Assembly: GCA_973895155.1 (NCBI GenBank)
Contig: OZ316894.1
Coordinates: 7,402,234-7,466,233, forward strand
Source: Marsupella aquatica
Lineage: Eukaryota > Plantae > Marchantiophyta
Direction of reading: 5' to 3'
Length of the DNA: 64,000 nucleotides
Shown here: one piece after another, positions 34,740-47,500 of the stretch
How the letters are laid out: each line of letters starts with the position of its first letter
Position numbering within the stretch: position 1 is the first letter of the stretch
Made by a program: the position numbers and the translations under genes
Notes under the pieces: generated by a model
What the model saw: only the letters and a program-made list of their open reading frames with translations
Database searches by the model: none
What the model was told of the DNA's origin: nothing

Positions 34740-37532
34740 TGTCACGCGATTGACATGGGTCTTAACACCAAAAACGTCACTATTGGGTGTCAAACCATCT
34801 CCTTGTACCTGAGGATCATGAAGGGATGCTGTGAAGGCCGGTAAACACCAGTTTATGCCCTTAACACCAGACTATCATAGCAAGACTTTGTCACACATCA
34901 CCCAAGCTCAATCCCTAGGAACCAAGGTTGGGAATCAGATCATGTGCTCATGATAGTTCTGGTGAGAAGGGCTATTCATATCGGGCCCGTACACACAGGG
35001 CCTAGCGCTACGGTGCGCATATGTCTATATGTATGCTTACTGTCATAGGTATATTTCTATTCCGCCGCCGGAATGTACCCATAAACCAGTGACTCCTGAC
35101 TGATTCCCGGCTTAGGGACTTCTAAGCCATTGCCCCACCACTCTGCCATTCCACTCTCAGCAATCAGAGCTGTGACAGCCCTCACCCAACCCACTTCAAT
35201 GCACTCGGTACACCTCTCAGTGGCGCTGCTAGTCCCATCATACACTCAGATTGCCTCACACACACACACATCCATGAGAGAAATGAGGCCTGAGAGGAAA
35301 ACTCAATTAGATTCAAAGATGTGCACAATAGTTCACTGAGAACACTTGATCCGAACACTAGGCCGAAAGACTGTCTCCTCTAGATTGCGACGTGCTTGCC
35401 CCGCAAGCCCCGTGCTTGCCATGCAAGCTCAATCCTGAACATGAGCCCGACTCACTCCAGATTGCGACGGCAGATTGGACTCGAACCAATCCCGTACTTG
35501 CCTTGCAAACTCAATCCTAAACTCAACCTCCTTCACTGCACTTCATTCTTGGGGGCACGTACAGATCTCACACCTCCATTTCATAATGTCAAGTACGCAT
35601 GCACAGTTGACTCGACTTCAAAGCTGGTACCAAGCCTAACGGCGATCTACCCCAGACTATAATGAGGCCCGGCCTCATGCTTGCCCTGCAAGCTCAGCTC
35701 TGGTCATAAATCCCTTAGTGCTCTCTACCAGACAAAGGTCGGGACTCCCCATGGATCACGTAGCCTTGCCAGACTAAACTGTAAATGCTCCTCCTGTTGC
35801 CCCTCAATCAGTATCTCAGCCTCCCTAATTAATGTGCTCACCACAAATCACATTAAAATCCTCCCCACAGTTTACAATCACCAACACATCACCTATCACC
35901 AAGGCTCTGTATCGGGGGAAAAGAACCCAGTTGTGTTGCCTACTAGAAAGAGCCACAATCCAGCTTGCAAACCTGGCCAACTGTTGCTGTGAAGCGTGGC
36001 TGATTACTCCTTGAGTAATAGCACAACCAAGCTCTCCCCAACACACAGCTTCCAAGCCTAGCCTTCCTTGCATAGAGCTCCTCCCTGTTGCTCAATCCAT
36101 GTGAGATCACACAACTGAAGTTCCCCCCCCTTACCTCTACCGGGGGGCTGCTCTATATACTCTCATACTGAGCCCAAATGGGTGGATACCACGCTGCTGG
36201 AGCCCCATCCCAGCCCTAACAGAGCCGCCACTATCTCTAACTACTGAACTCTAACTCGCAACTTTATTTCTATCTCGAATTGGCTATGTACTTCGGATTT
36301 GGCCCTCCTCCATGGTTTTTGCGAGCTTGCGCCTCCTCTCCCGATTTCTCTATTCAACCATTTGTTGCGTGGATAGCAGCGTTGGAAGCGGCTTGAGTTC
36401 CTCTTTCCAACAAGGTCAATTATAGCCGATTTGGTCAAATACACAGAGAGTTATGCCCCCGCAACCGAGAGAGGGTACTCACTACTGCGCTAACCTGAGT
36501 TACATAGCTAACCCGAGTTTGGCTAACCTAGCTATCCTATCTAACCCGAGTAGAGCTAACCCGTGGTCTCGGGTTAGGCCACTACCCACTATCCACTAAC
36601 CTAGGCTAAGCTGAGCCCGAATCTGAGCTTTCCTATGCTAACCCGAGCCCGAGTTTAGGCTAACCCAAGTTCAGTCTAACCCGGGATCAATCTAATCCGA
36701 ACCTGGGTTAAGCCTAAGCTGAAGCCGTGCTGACCTGAGCTAAGCTAAAGCCGTGCTGACCTGAGCTAAGCTGAAGCCGTGCTTACCTAAGCTAAGCCGT
36801 GGCCGAGCTTGGGTTAACCCGAAAGTGAAGCCGAATCCGCTAATTCCGGCCACAAGTTAACCCGTCACACTAATCAGACCGTATCTTCCTTAATACACCT
36901 TCATTTCCCGATTTTTTTATATCGATTTTACTCGCCTTGACCAGATCTTTCCAATGCTCTTTACAGATCCGGATTTGGTGACATATTGAAAGAGATATGG
37001 TCGCCGACCACCCGCGACATAGCTTTTATTTCCTTACTCTTAACGCCATGATTGCCCTTATTCTTGCCATCTTGCTAATTGTTATGCAACTAGCCCAGAC
37101 TACCCGTTCTTTGAACGTGAATAGTGAAGAGGACAATAAAAGAATTATCAAAATATTTTTTTATTCATTAATATTCTTTAAAAATTAATAAAATGATAAT
37201 ATATTATTTTCCTTGTATGTGCACATCAGTATTTTTGTGTGCACATCCATCTTCTATGCACATATGAATGTTGTGGTGGGGCCATAGTGCTTATATTTTT
37301 TGAATGTAATAATTAGAAATTATTATAAAAAATTTGGCATGTACATACATCATACTCATGTCATGAGTTTCTCTCATGCACATGATGACCATAGAGTTAC
37401 GGTCTAGAGGCCTAGACTCTTAATTATAGACTTCAGTTTGTGCTTTTATATTAAGATATCAATAGCTACTCCTTGCATACAGTAGCCTAGTTAATCAGAT
37501 TAAAGAATAAGGACCATGTCATCGGCGTCACA
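34740..37532. mobile_element. 2.8-kb solo LTR (family B) nested in family A
   Basis: TGTCACGCGATTGACATGG...CCATGTCATCGGCGTCACA imperfect terminal inverted repeat, TSD GCCAG (34735-34739 and 37533-37537); internal GCTAACCCGAG-type tandem repeats at ~36490-36820; no long ORF. Confidence 0.85.
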
Positions 37533-39027
37533 GCCAGCTACTTATCTCATGACTCGATGAAAGATCTGTCCAGTATATGTGTGTAAGATGTTAGTAGAAG
37601 AGAGTTAGCAGCGTCCCATGCCGCTAAGCCGCAGAACCGGCCTAGCCGAGAGCGAAACCTGCGGGAATCGGCTTGTGCAGGGGGTTTCTTGGGTTTAGGG
37701 AACCATGGGACGCACCACACACATCTAGAAGCAGATGTTTTCGCTAGGATTAAGTAGCCTCTTTCAGCGTAGCACGATGCTAACGGTCAAATACCTAGTC
37801 TAAGTATTCTACAATAGGAGTTCAAGAGGGAGGAGCCGCTTCACTTCAGCTTGATAGAGCCTGGATTTGGCTAGACAGTGCTAATGGGTGTGCATGGAGC
37901 GTACTATATATGGGATCCTACGAATTAATTTGAGCTACTCTAAATTTGATGTATTAGTTTTTTTTATCATAAATGTGCTATGGATGGTAAATCTGTCCAA
38001 ATTAAATCTTTGAGAAGATTTATTTTTTAGACAAAGGCTTTAGGGCCAAACTCACAGGTCAAGCCCAAGACAAAGGCTGATATGTCTTCCATGTCCTTAC
38101 AAGACACAAAATGAGTTTCAATGATTGATACACTTCAAGCTTTTTGTACCAAGTGTGGACAGAATTAAAGGTGGATTCACGAGCATTAACCAAGAGCAAG
38201 GATGTACCATGGAAGAATAAGCTTTCAGGCAAGCATGTTAGTAGAAGTGCAAGCTTGAGTACATTCTAAACGAGTACAGAGGTAAGAGAACGCCCGACCA
38301 TGGCGTAAGGGCAGACGGCGTGATTGGCCTCACAACTGTCAACTGCATTACAATTGTTAGCTGCATCTCGGTGCTAACAATCAGTTCCAATCAAAGGATC
38401 ACATAGTCATTTAAAGAAGTTTTCTCAAGCTCCGATGTCTCCTAAAATCAACCTTGTGAACAACTGCAATTCAGAAAACCCAAGAGGAGATGCGGCCAAC
38501 GGATCAAAATGTTGCGGAACTGAGAAATGATGCCGCCAAAACTGCGTCCGCTTTTTCATTTTCCATTTTTTGAACAAAGACATAGTGTTGCATGTATTCA
38601 ACAAAATTTGAATGAAGACATCTCAGGGGATGTCTTCAAGAAGGGTGACAACCAGTGGTGAACTGTTGCAGCGACCACAACCATGGCAATCACAGCCGCA
38701 GTGTCTGTCCTGGGTTTACTGTGGGTTAGGCTGTGAACGGATGGGTTTGTGTTGGGTTGGGTTAAGAGATGGGGGTTCAGCTCCATCAGGGAACTATGGG
38801 TTTCTGTCAATTGCCTTTTGAGAACTCTGTTTGAAAGGTTACTGAACAAGAAAGGTATTTTACCAAATTTATTTGTTCTATGAGAATAGGAGTGAGTGGG
38901 CCCTTGGTGGGTCCTCTCAAGAGTCATTAATGAGTTTTCCAGGAACAGTCGTCCAGAATAATGAGAGCGGAGTGGGTTTGTCAGAGTTCGACCAGCAGAA
39001 AGTCTGTAGTTGACATCAAGGACAAAG

Positions 39028-39578
39028 AAGCTGTCCCCTAACAGTCCATGCAAATTATGTATCCTGTTCCCAAACAATTTTATTCACCACTATGTCCCCC
39101 CATTTCGTAGCTGGGTTAGTATACAACATTGGCTTACCAGTACCACATGGCAGAATGTGAGTGGGCTGCATTTCCATGAGTAAATTTTATGGCGGGTCTC
39201 ACTATTCATGAGGGGGAATTTGGGCCTCAGTACTTGGTGAAGGGGGGGGGGGCTGCTCCTCCCAAACCTGAGTACTTGGTGAGGGCAAAGTCGGTAGGCT
39301 TTGGCTCGTCTGAGGCCTCGACACTTTGTGGGGGGGGGGGGTGGCCCGGCCATTTTGGGACTTCCCGGGCCTGCAACAACGGCCCACCATGGGAAAGGAG
39401 GGGGACAAGGGGCAAGTCAAGGCAATTTCACCCGCAGCCCACTCACCGCCTTGCCATGTGGCACTGTTAAGCCAGTGTATGCTCTATACTAACCCAGATA
39501 CTGACTTGGGGGACATAGTGGTAAATAAAATTGTTTGGGGGACAGGATACTAAATTAGGACAGTTAGGGGGACAGCTT
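39028..39578. mobile_element. MITE-like element with ~70-bp imperfect TIRs
   Basis: AAGCTGTCCCCTAAC...CCCAAACAATTTTATTCACCACTATGTCCCCC mirrored at 39508-39578; TSD not clear. Confidence 0.65.
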
Positions 39579-40824
39579 AGTAAAAAGTTGTTCCAGATAA
39601 AGGTTGATTGGCAAAAAAAGTCTTTTGAGTACTTCTTTTGAGGTTTCCTTTCACATAGCTAAACAGTATAAAGTCCTAAGGGTCACCTTTAGCTCTCATT
39701 ATAAATACATTGCAAAGAATCAGTTATGGTAGAAATGGGCTTGAGCTCCACAGAAGGTGCCGAGTGTTTCACCAAAAGGTGCAAAGTGCTCCACCTTTCA
39801 TGGTGAGTAGTGCTAGAAATGGGCTTGAGCTCCACAAAAGGTGCTTTGTGCTGCACCTTATATGGAATGGGGTTTTTACAGGGACAGGTGAATGCTCCAC
39901 CTTTTATGGTGAGTAGTGAGACATGGAATGGGGCTTTATAGGGCAAGTGCGGTTTAACAGCAAGTCAACCAGGCAAATCAAAGAAAGTAACAGGGACATA
40001 GAAGGAGCAGGCGCACCTTGGGCTACAATGACAGCCATTCACTACAACACTATCGGCCGGTTTTGCGAAGACAATCTCATCGCAACTAACAAGCCCCTGA
40101 TTTTCATAATTCTGGCTATTGCGAACATACGCGCATCGCACCCCCTTCGCACTTTGTGAACCTAATAACTTCGCACGCGGACCATCGCAACGGCATCGCA
40201 ACATCATGGCAAACTGAGAAGCTGAGAGGTTCGCAATATTCAATACTTCTGCGATCCATTATACGTCGCATAAGGTTCGCAAACATACACGCACACGTCC
40301 CGCGCGGGCGTCAATATTTGAGACGGATTTACCATCGCATCATATTTGCGATTGATACTGGTTCAATTGTTTTGATGGGGATTGTATGACAAAGAGCGAT
40401 ACCGGTGATTTCAGAAGTTTGTGAACGGTTGCGATTAGGAAAGTGTGATCCTAGAAGTATCACAAAAACCTGACATATTTGGATCTGAAGTTCTGAAGTT
40501 AATTGACTCAAAAAGTGCGACGCCTTGGGGTTAATATTGTGCGATGGGAATGAGTTCTTAAAGGGTTCGCAAAATTATGATCACACAGGATTCAATACAT
40601 TATTTGCGAGGGGTTTTCCTTGGAACCCAATGTGGAAGGCAAAATTGTTGTTTTATAAAATGGAAAAGCATGAACAAAATGATAGGGCTTCAAAGAACCC
40701 TATACATGGACAAGAGGGGGGAAATATCTGATGCTAGGTCCGCCCTTCTAAACCTATGCTGCCTCTTCCTACCCTAAGCTCCGGCATGACAAGTCACTCT
40801 CATGCATGTATCTCTACAAAATAA

Positions 40825-42872
40825 CTAGAATGGGCTCTTGCGGCTCCTCTTGGTTGGCTTCTTGGCTGGCTTCTTGCCCTTATCCTTCCGGGGATCCTGT
40901 TGGTGACGGGTGCGTGATGGCCGTCGGCGCTCCTGCTCCTGCTCCTGCTGCTCCTCTGGCTCCTCCTGCCCCTCCTGCTCCTCCTCCTCATCCTCAGGGT
41001 CCTCCTCCTCCCCCTGGTCATCAACGTGTGCTGATGACACACGACTACCACCACTACCACGATGGGAAGAACCTACCTCACGACTACTCCCCCCCCCGAG
41101 CACCACTAGTACCAGGAGTAGCCCCCTCATCGTCATCACTACTGGTCACATCAGCACCCGACCCCTCAGGCTCATCCGAATCCTGCATCCATTACATATC
41201 ATTAGTTTCCGCAAGACATAAAGGGTCACTCACAATGTTCGCATGCTAATCATATGGTTCACACTTAGACACTTACAGTAGCCAACTCGGCATCTACCAT
41301 CGCAAAGAGGTACTTTTGTCCATGCTCTATCGCCACCTCAATATGCTTTTTTGATATCTTCCTTTTGTACCTCCGATACTGCCATGCATAAAACCAATTA
41401 AAATTGGTTAAATTTGCCCTTAAGCATACCCTATAGCCACAAGTGACGCCTAAATCCTCAACTACTAAACATGACCCAAAAAAAATTTAAAATTCAAATT
41501 TGTGAACCTATAAGCATAGCAACTTGCGAACCACCTTTTTTTGCGAAGGCGTTGCGATGGAGTTTGCGATGCGCATTTGTTCGCAAAGGCATCAGAAAAT
41601 TGAAATGGAAAAAGTCTATGATAGACTTTGCGAGGGGTTTGCGAACAAATACGCATCGCAACACCTTCGCAAACTGTGTTCCCGAGAGTTTTTAAAAATT
41701 TGCCAGAAATTCTAAGTGTCAGAGTTGCCCTAAACTAGTAACCAAGCAAGCATGCACAACAGCAAGAACCTTCGGGGATGTCATTCACTTGCATTGCACA
41801 ACTCTGAAAGGAATAGAGAGGTTAGGGAGGAGCAAGAGGCACTCACAAAGTGTGACTTGAGGCCGGGGAGCCCGCCTTGACCCAACTTGTGGACTGGATT
41901 GGGGGTGGATTTCACTCGTTTGGCTGCATCTGTGAAACGCTTGGGTGGCTTTCCCTCCTGGTCGGCCACCTTCTGCATCTCAGCTACCTTCTGCTCAAGT
42001 GGCTTCAGGTCGTGGTCAGGGGGGAGCTTCCCGGCCTCCTTTGCTTTCAAGGCTCGATCTAGATTGCCCTTCCACTCTTCCAACTCGTGAGCTGCCTTAA
42101 TTTGCACCTCAATCTTGTAAAACGAATTCCAGATGTCCTCGGTGAAGTGGAGGGGTCTGTGCAAGTTCCTGTATGATCTCAAGTCTTTCAGGTGGGCTCT
42201 AATCTTCATCCTGTCATGGTATCACATTTGAGACATAGAATTTGAAATCTTATCTGCCAACCATTGCTCATCTATGTCAGGCCCATTGCGAAATGCATCC
42301 TTGATTTGGTTGATGACCCTCTTTCGCTCTGCCTTCTCAATCTTCCCCCACTGCATGCCTCGTGAGAAATTGCTTGTGATAATCTGCTTGATTGTGCTCT
42401 TAGCCCCTGCATATGCTAGCTCAGTTGGAGTCCCACTCGTCTCCAAGGCAATGAATGGAAGTTTTTTTCTTGCTTCCTCTTTCTGACGTTGCTCCTCCCT
42501 CTGTTTTCGAATTGAATCTCTCTCCTCTCTTCTCTTCTGCTTCTCTAGGGCTTGAGGAGAGGCAACTCCCGACTTAGTTCTTTCCTCTCTCTTCCTTTTT
42601 TTCTCTCTAGCCTTCTCTTCAGCTGCGGCCCTCTCCTCCCCCTCTCTAGTAGCTTGTCCTGCTACAATCCCAATTTTCAAAACCTGTCCAAGAATGGCAC
42701 TCAAAGAGGCAAACCCTGCTGGAGAATTGAGATTCACTTCTCCCAATTGTGCAGCACTGAGATGTTGGGCCACTAAGTCTGCCCAGGCATTCTTCTCTTT
42801 CTCTGGATTTCCCCCATTGCCACTACCACTACCACTACCACCTTGCCCTCCACTCCCCTCACCGGTAGCCAT
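40825..42872 (-). pseudogene. CACTA second (TnpA-position) gene, spliced, with a nonsense codon
   Basis: ORFs 42872-42222 and 42209-41847 are in frame across one TGA; GT-AG introns at ~41846-41379 and downstream; acidic/basic low-complexity last exon. Confidence 0.6.
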
Positions 42873-43309
42873 AGCTCCCCTCTCTCACAGTCTCCCTCGT
42901 ACTGTTGCGTGCGCCCCGGCCCTTCTCGTCTCGCTCAAAAACTGAAATGAGCCCGAATGCGAGCTCCCGCCGATGTTTACGCCGTTCAAAAACGGGTTTG
43001 CGATGACATACGCATGGGAAACTGCGAAGCCCGCGCCCTCGCAAATAGTCTCGCAACTTGCGAGGCACTTCCGAATCTATTCCCTTCGCAAAGCCATCGC
43101 AACCCGCAGAAGACCCAAAAAATTGTTCTCGGCCTCTATTTTTGCGAAGCAAGTGCGAAGGTCGTAGGTTCGCAAAAATATTCTCTAACTTGTGAAATAA
43201 TTTGCGAGGCAGGTCTTATCGGTTTAGGGTTGGAAAACACTTTGGGGTGTCAAATGGCTATTAAGGTTTGTCAAACGACATTTAAGGTATGTTAAGTGCC
43301 CATAAGTTA

Positions 43310-44160
43310 ACATGGAAGGGGTGTCAATGGATGTTTGGGTTGTAAGGATAACTAGAATATAAGTTAACAAAGGTTTGGGTTTAATTAAAGGTTAGGTTTA
43401 TATTTGGTTTTAATCTAGGAGTATTTGGTTTAATTAAGGGGGTTAAAACTTGGGTTAGGTTGGAATAAAAGGGTTGGGTTTAAATTAATGGGTTTGGCTT
43501 AGGGTTCAAGGTAGAGGTTTGCATTAGGTTGTGAGTAATTACAGGGGTTGGGTTTGGTTTTAGTTGAGGGGTTGAATTGTGGTTGTTTTTTAAAGGGATT
43601 GGGTTTGGTTTTTAGTTGGGGGGTTTAATTGTGGTTTTTTTAAAGGGGTTGGGTTTCTAATGTAAGTGTTTGGGTTGGGGTGTAACATGATATAGGGTTG
43701 GATTTGGTTCTAATTGAGGGGGTACAATTTTTGCTTAAGTTTTAAAAAAGGGCCTCAATTTAGGGGTTAGGGTGAAGTTTAGAATAACTATAGGGGTGGG
43801 GGTTGGCCTATATAGGTAAAGTAAGGTGTAGATAGGGTAAGAGTTTTATATGTAATTGGGGGATTTGGGTTGGGTTTAGGGTAAAGGTTTGAAATTTTAA
43901 TGAGGGATTTGGGTATTGGTTAGGATAAGGGTAAGGGTTTAGGGTGCTTGAGGGATTTGGGTTAGGTTTTAATGAAGGGTTTCATTTCATGGTTTGGGTT
44001 TAGGGTAGGGGTTTGGGTTTAGGGTAAAGGTTTGAATTTTTAATGAGGGATTTGGGTATTGGTTAGGATAAGGGTAAGGGTTTAGGGTGATTGAGGGATT
44101 TGGGTTAGGTTTTAATGAAGGGTTTCATTTCATGGTTTGGGTTTAGGGTAGGGTTTGGGT
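43310..44160 (+). repeat. G/T-rich telomere-like tract with a 143-bp tandem duplication
   Basis: Many GGGTTT and TTTAGGG words; TGGGTTTAGGGTAAAGGTTTGAA at 43871 and 44014. Confidence 0.85.
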
Positions 44161-44593
44161 TACTTATATTTCTTTGTCTATCTCATTAACATGGAGAGGA
44201 AAACTCTTTGGCGTTGTAGGGCACTTCCCCATGTTTTTTAAAGTTTTGGCTAATGCATGATAATGCCTTGCGAGAGCCCGGACATCTGAAAGGTATAACA
44301 TTTTCTCATGCATTTCTAGTCATTGCTGTAAATATGGAGGGTTACAATCTATCATCCTTTTTTTCTGGTTCACCATAAGGCATGGCTTAATTCATTGTAT
44401 ATTGGCAGATTTTCCCCTCCTTCCAGATTTGGTTCATGAAATTTGAGCCACAAGATCCGTCAAGGCATTGCTAAGCCCGGGTCTCATAAAGGTATTTTTC
44501 TGTCAATTCTTTTTAATATGTTTAGGTAGGGATTATCAATGATGGTTTTGGTGAAGTTTTTACTAATCGCCTTCCAATTGCTATACTTGTCAG

Positions 44594-47500
44594 ATGTCTT
44601 CATCCTCTACAACTTCCACCACATCAGATTCCTCTTCCGATGAAGAAAGTCATCCTCCTCCTCAACCTGAACCAACCGTACGTCGACCTAGTGGTCCACC
44701 ACGCCAACTTTGTGGTTGTAAAAAATGTGTGGGGATGGTTGTCCAAAAGTCATATGTATGTGCGGAGCACATTGCTCGATATGGCCAACATCGAGGTCTT
44801 ACACCGGGAACTTCTTCATCCCGTATGGTGAGTTGTAAACTTACTGTGATTTCCATTTTATTTTATAAATCTTGCTAGGTAGCATAAAATAAAATTTGGG
44901 AGGTTCATCACACTCACTTGGTTCCATTTCTTCCTATAGGTATCCAGTAGGCCTACACCCACTACACCAACACCCTATGTTCCCTCACAAGGAGTTCTAG
45001 ATGCTATAGGCTCGGCACTTTCACAAGCTTTTCGTTTAGTGGCAGCAGGGCAAGGTAGTGTTGGGACAATTAAGGGTGACGGTATTGTTACAAGAGGGAA
45101 AAAAAAGTCAAAAAGACAGCCTAGAGGGGAAGTGGATCAGTACACTTGTAGGGTTGATGGTAGATGGGGCCCTTGTACCTTCACAGGAAGTGTGTTCCTA
45201 TCATAAAGGATTGGAATCCGGAGTGCCTTGGTTTGCCATGTGATATAACCTATGGTGAGGAGATAGAAGTTTGGGGAAGACGTTGGGCTGTCAAGAGTTT
45301 GACCCTAGGGGAGAGGCATGGGTATGGGATTTTCTCTTGTCAGGACATTATTGTGGATGATATGGGTGAAAAAGGGCGCTCTTCAGATGGACCAACGTTG
45401 TTCCCGTATGGTGGACCCATTTACAAGAGGAGACATTGGAACATGATCCTTGTTCAACACCCTGAGTGGAAGACTTATGCATTGGACATGGATACTTTTG
45501 ATGGTTGCACCAGAAAGTATTGTGACCAGCGTATAATTGATGGTGATCCCATCCGTAGTGGGAATATTGCCGGTTTCATCAACAGTACTGTGGGGACCCG
45601 GCCTAAGCGTAGGAAAAACTGTGAATGGGTTTTTGTTGATGGTCCCCCTCCAGCCCCTTATGGGCAGAGATATCATCATGACCATTGTCTAGTTGTAGCT
45701 AATAGGACCATTCTGGTTGGAGAGGAGTTGTTTACACATTATGAATGGGATTAGGATTACTTTAGGGACATGTATTATACGTTCATCGTATGTGAACGTA
45801 TGTTTTGTAATGACATGTTCTTTTTATATTGTTAATAATATGTTTCGAGCACTACTATATTTGGCGTTAATTTCATTGTGAATACTTTATTGTATTTTCT
45901 ATAGAATGTGCGGCCTAGTCAAGATATGTTGCCAAGGAGGTTGAGAGCTACATATCAAGAAATGGGCTTGCCACAAGACGGGGAAACATCATCAGCAGAT
46001 TCCTCATCAAGTGACAATGATAATGACAGTCCAGATGAAGGGGCACCTCGGACAGATTATGAGGTCATGCAAGACCAAGAGTCAGCCATGGATGACTTCA
46101 TGACAGATTGGTTTGGTGTAGACATTGGTGGTGAAGGAGGTGTCCCACCCAATGAAGGAGACCCTCCACCAAATGTTGCACATGATCCAAGGCCTCAACG
46201 TACACCTGAAGGACAAAAACAATGGGAAGAAGCTGAGGCACATGCTAGAACACCTATTTATGGGGGTGCTCGTTTGAATAGACTATCTGCCATCTTGGCA
46301 TTGATGAATCTTCAGGCAAAACACAAGGCAAGCAATGCGCTACTATCGGATTTGTTTGCAATTTGCCATGATCTCTTGTTACCTAGTGAAAATGTGTTGC
46401 CAGGAACTTGGAAGGAGGCAAAGAGGGTTCTATCATCCATTGGCATGGAATACCATATCATTCATGCTTGTGTGAATGACTGCATTCTCTATCATGAGAC
46501 CAATGCCAGCGCAACTGAGTGTCCAATTTGTCAAGAGCCTCGATATGAAACCAACATGTTGACCTCAAAGGTGCCTAGAAAAGCTGTTCGTTGGTTTCCT
46601 ATTATTCCTCGATTGTTGCACATGTACCGATGTTCTGACTTGGCAGAATTGATGGTATGGCATAAGACACATCGATCAGAGGCCGGTGTCATGCGGTTGC
46701 CAGTTGATTCCCCTGCTCACAAGCATGTGGAGTCACAATGGCCAGAATTTGCACGTGACCCTCGTCATGTGAGGTTGGGGTTGGCATCAGATGGGGTAAG
46801 CCCACACTCCCTTGGAGGGAAAGGGCACCCTCCTTCGGTTTGGCCGGTGGTTGTTATGAATTACAACCTTCCCCCATGGTTGTCCATGAAAAAGGGATTC
46901 TTATTGCTATCATTGATTATCCCAGGTCCATCTAAGGTAAAAAACATGGACACCTACTTGGCGCTCTTGGTTGGGGAACTCCATAAATTATGGGGGGGTG
47001 TATGGGCATATGATGGTCGGACAACTACAGGAGGGTTACCACGTGTCTTCCAATTGAAGGGAATCATTATGTGGACCATGCATGACTATCCAGGTGAGTG
47101 GTATGGATTTGTATTTTTTTCATGTATTGGAGATCAAGTTTGTTTGGAAGGAAGTCCCTCTTTAATTCTATGTACATGAACTTTTCAATTCCTTTGACTC
47201 TAATTGAGAATGTTATTTTGTGAGCAGGGTTTGGGTTTGTTTCTGGGTTCCAAACTCAAGGGTACAAGGCATGCTCCACTTGTGGTCCAAGCCTTCACGA
47301 TATGGCCAAGTACTCAAAATGGCTACACAAGATAATCTACCTTGGTCATACCAAGTTTCTTCCACTTGGGCATCACATGAGGTCTGACCCCCTTTTGTTT
47401 TCAGACTTTGACATGATCAATGGTGATGAGCGTGAGATACCTGACCGCACAACATTTTCGTATTGGAAGTCCATAGCTGATAGGGTGGCAGACCCTGAAG

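Larger units (their letters stand above)
30056..37719 (+). mobile_element. Family A solo-LTR-like element, copy 2 (degenerate, two nested insertions)
   Basis: TGTGATGCC...GCACCACA with TSD CACAT (30051-30055 and 37720-37724); 4658 bp after removing inserts; ORF broken by many stops. Confidence 0.95.

Noticed and set aside
40806-41249. Plus-strand Pro/His-rich ORFs as extensin-like genes
   Set aside because: Antisense shadows of the acidic low-complexity last exon of the CACTA second gene.
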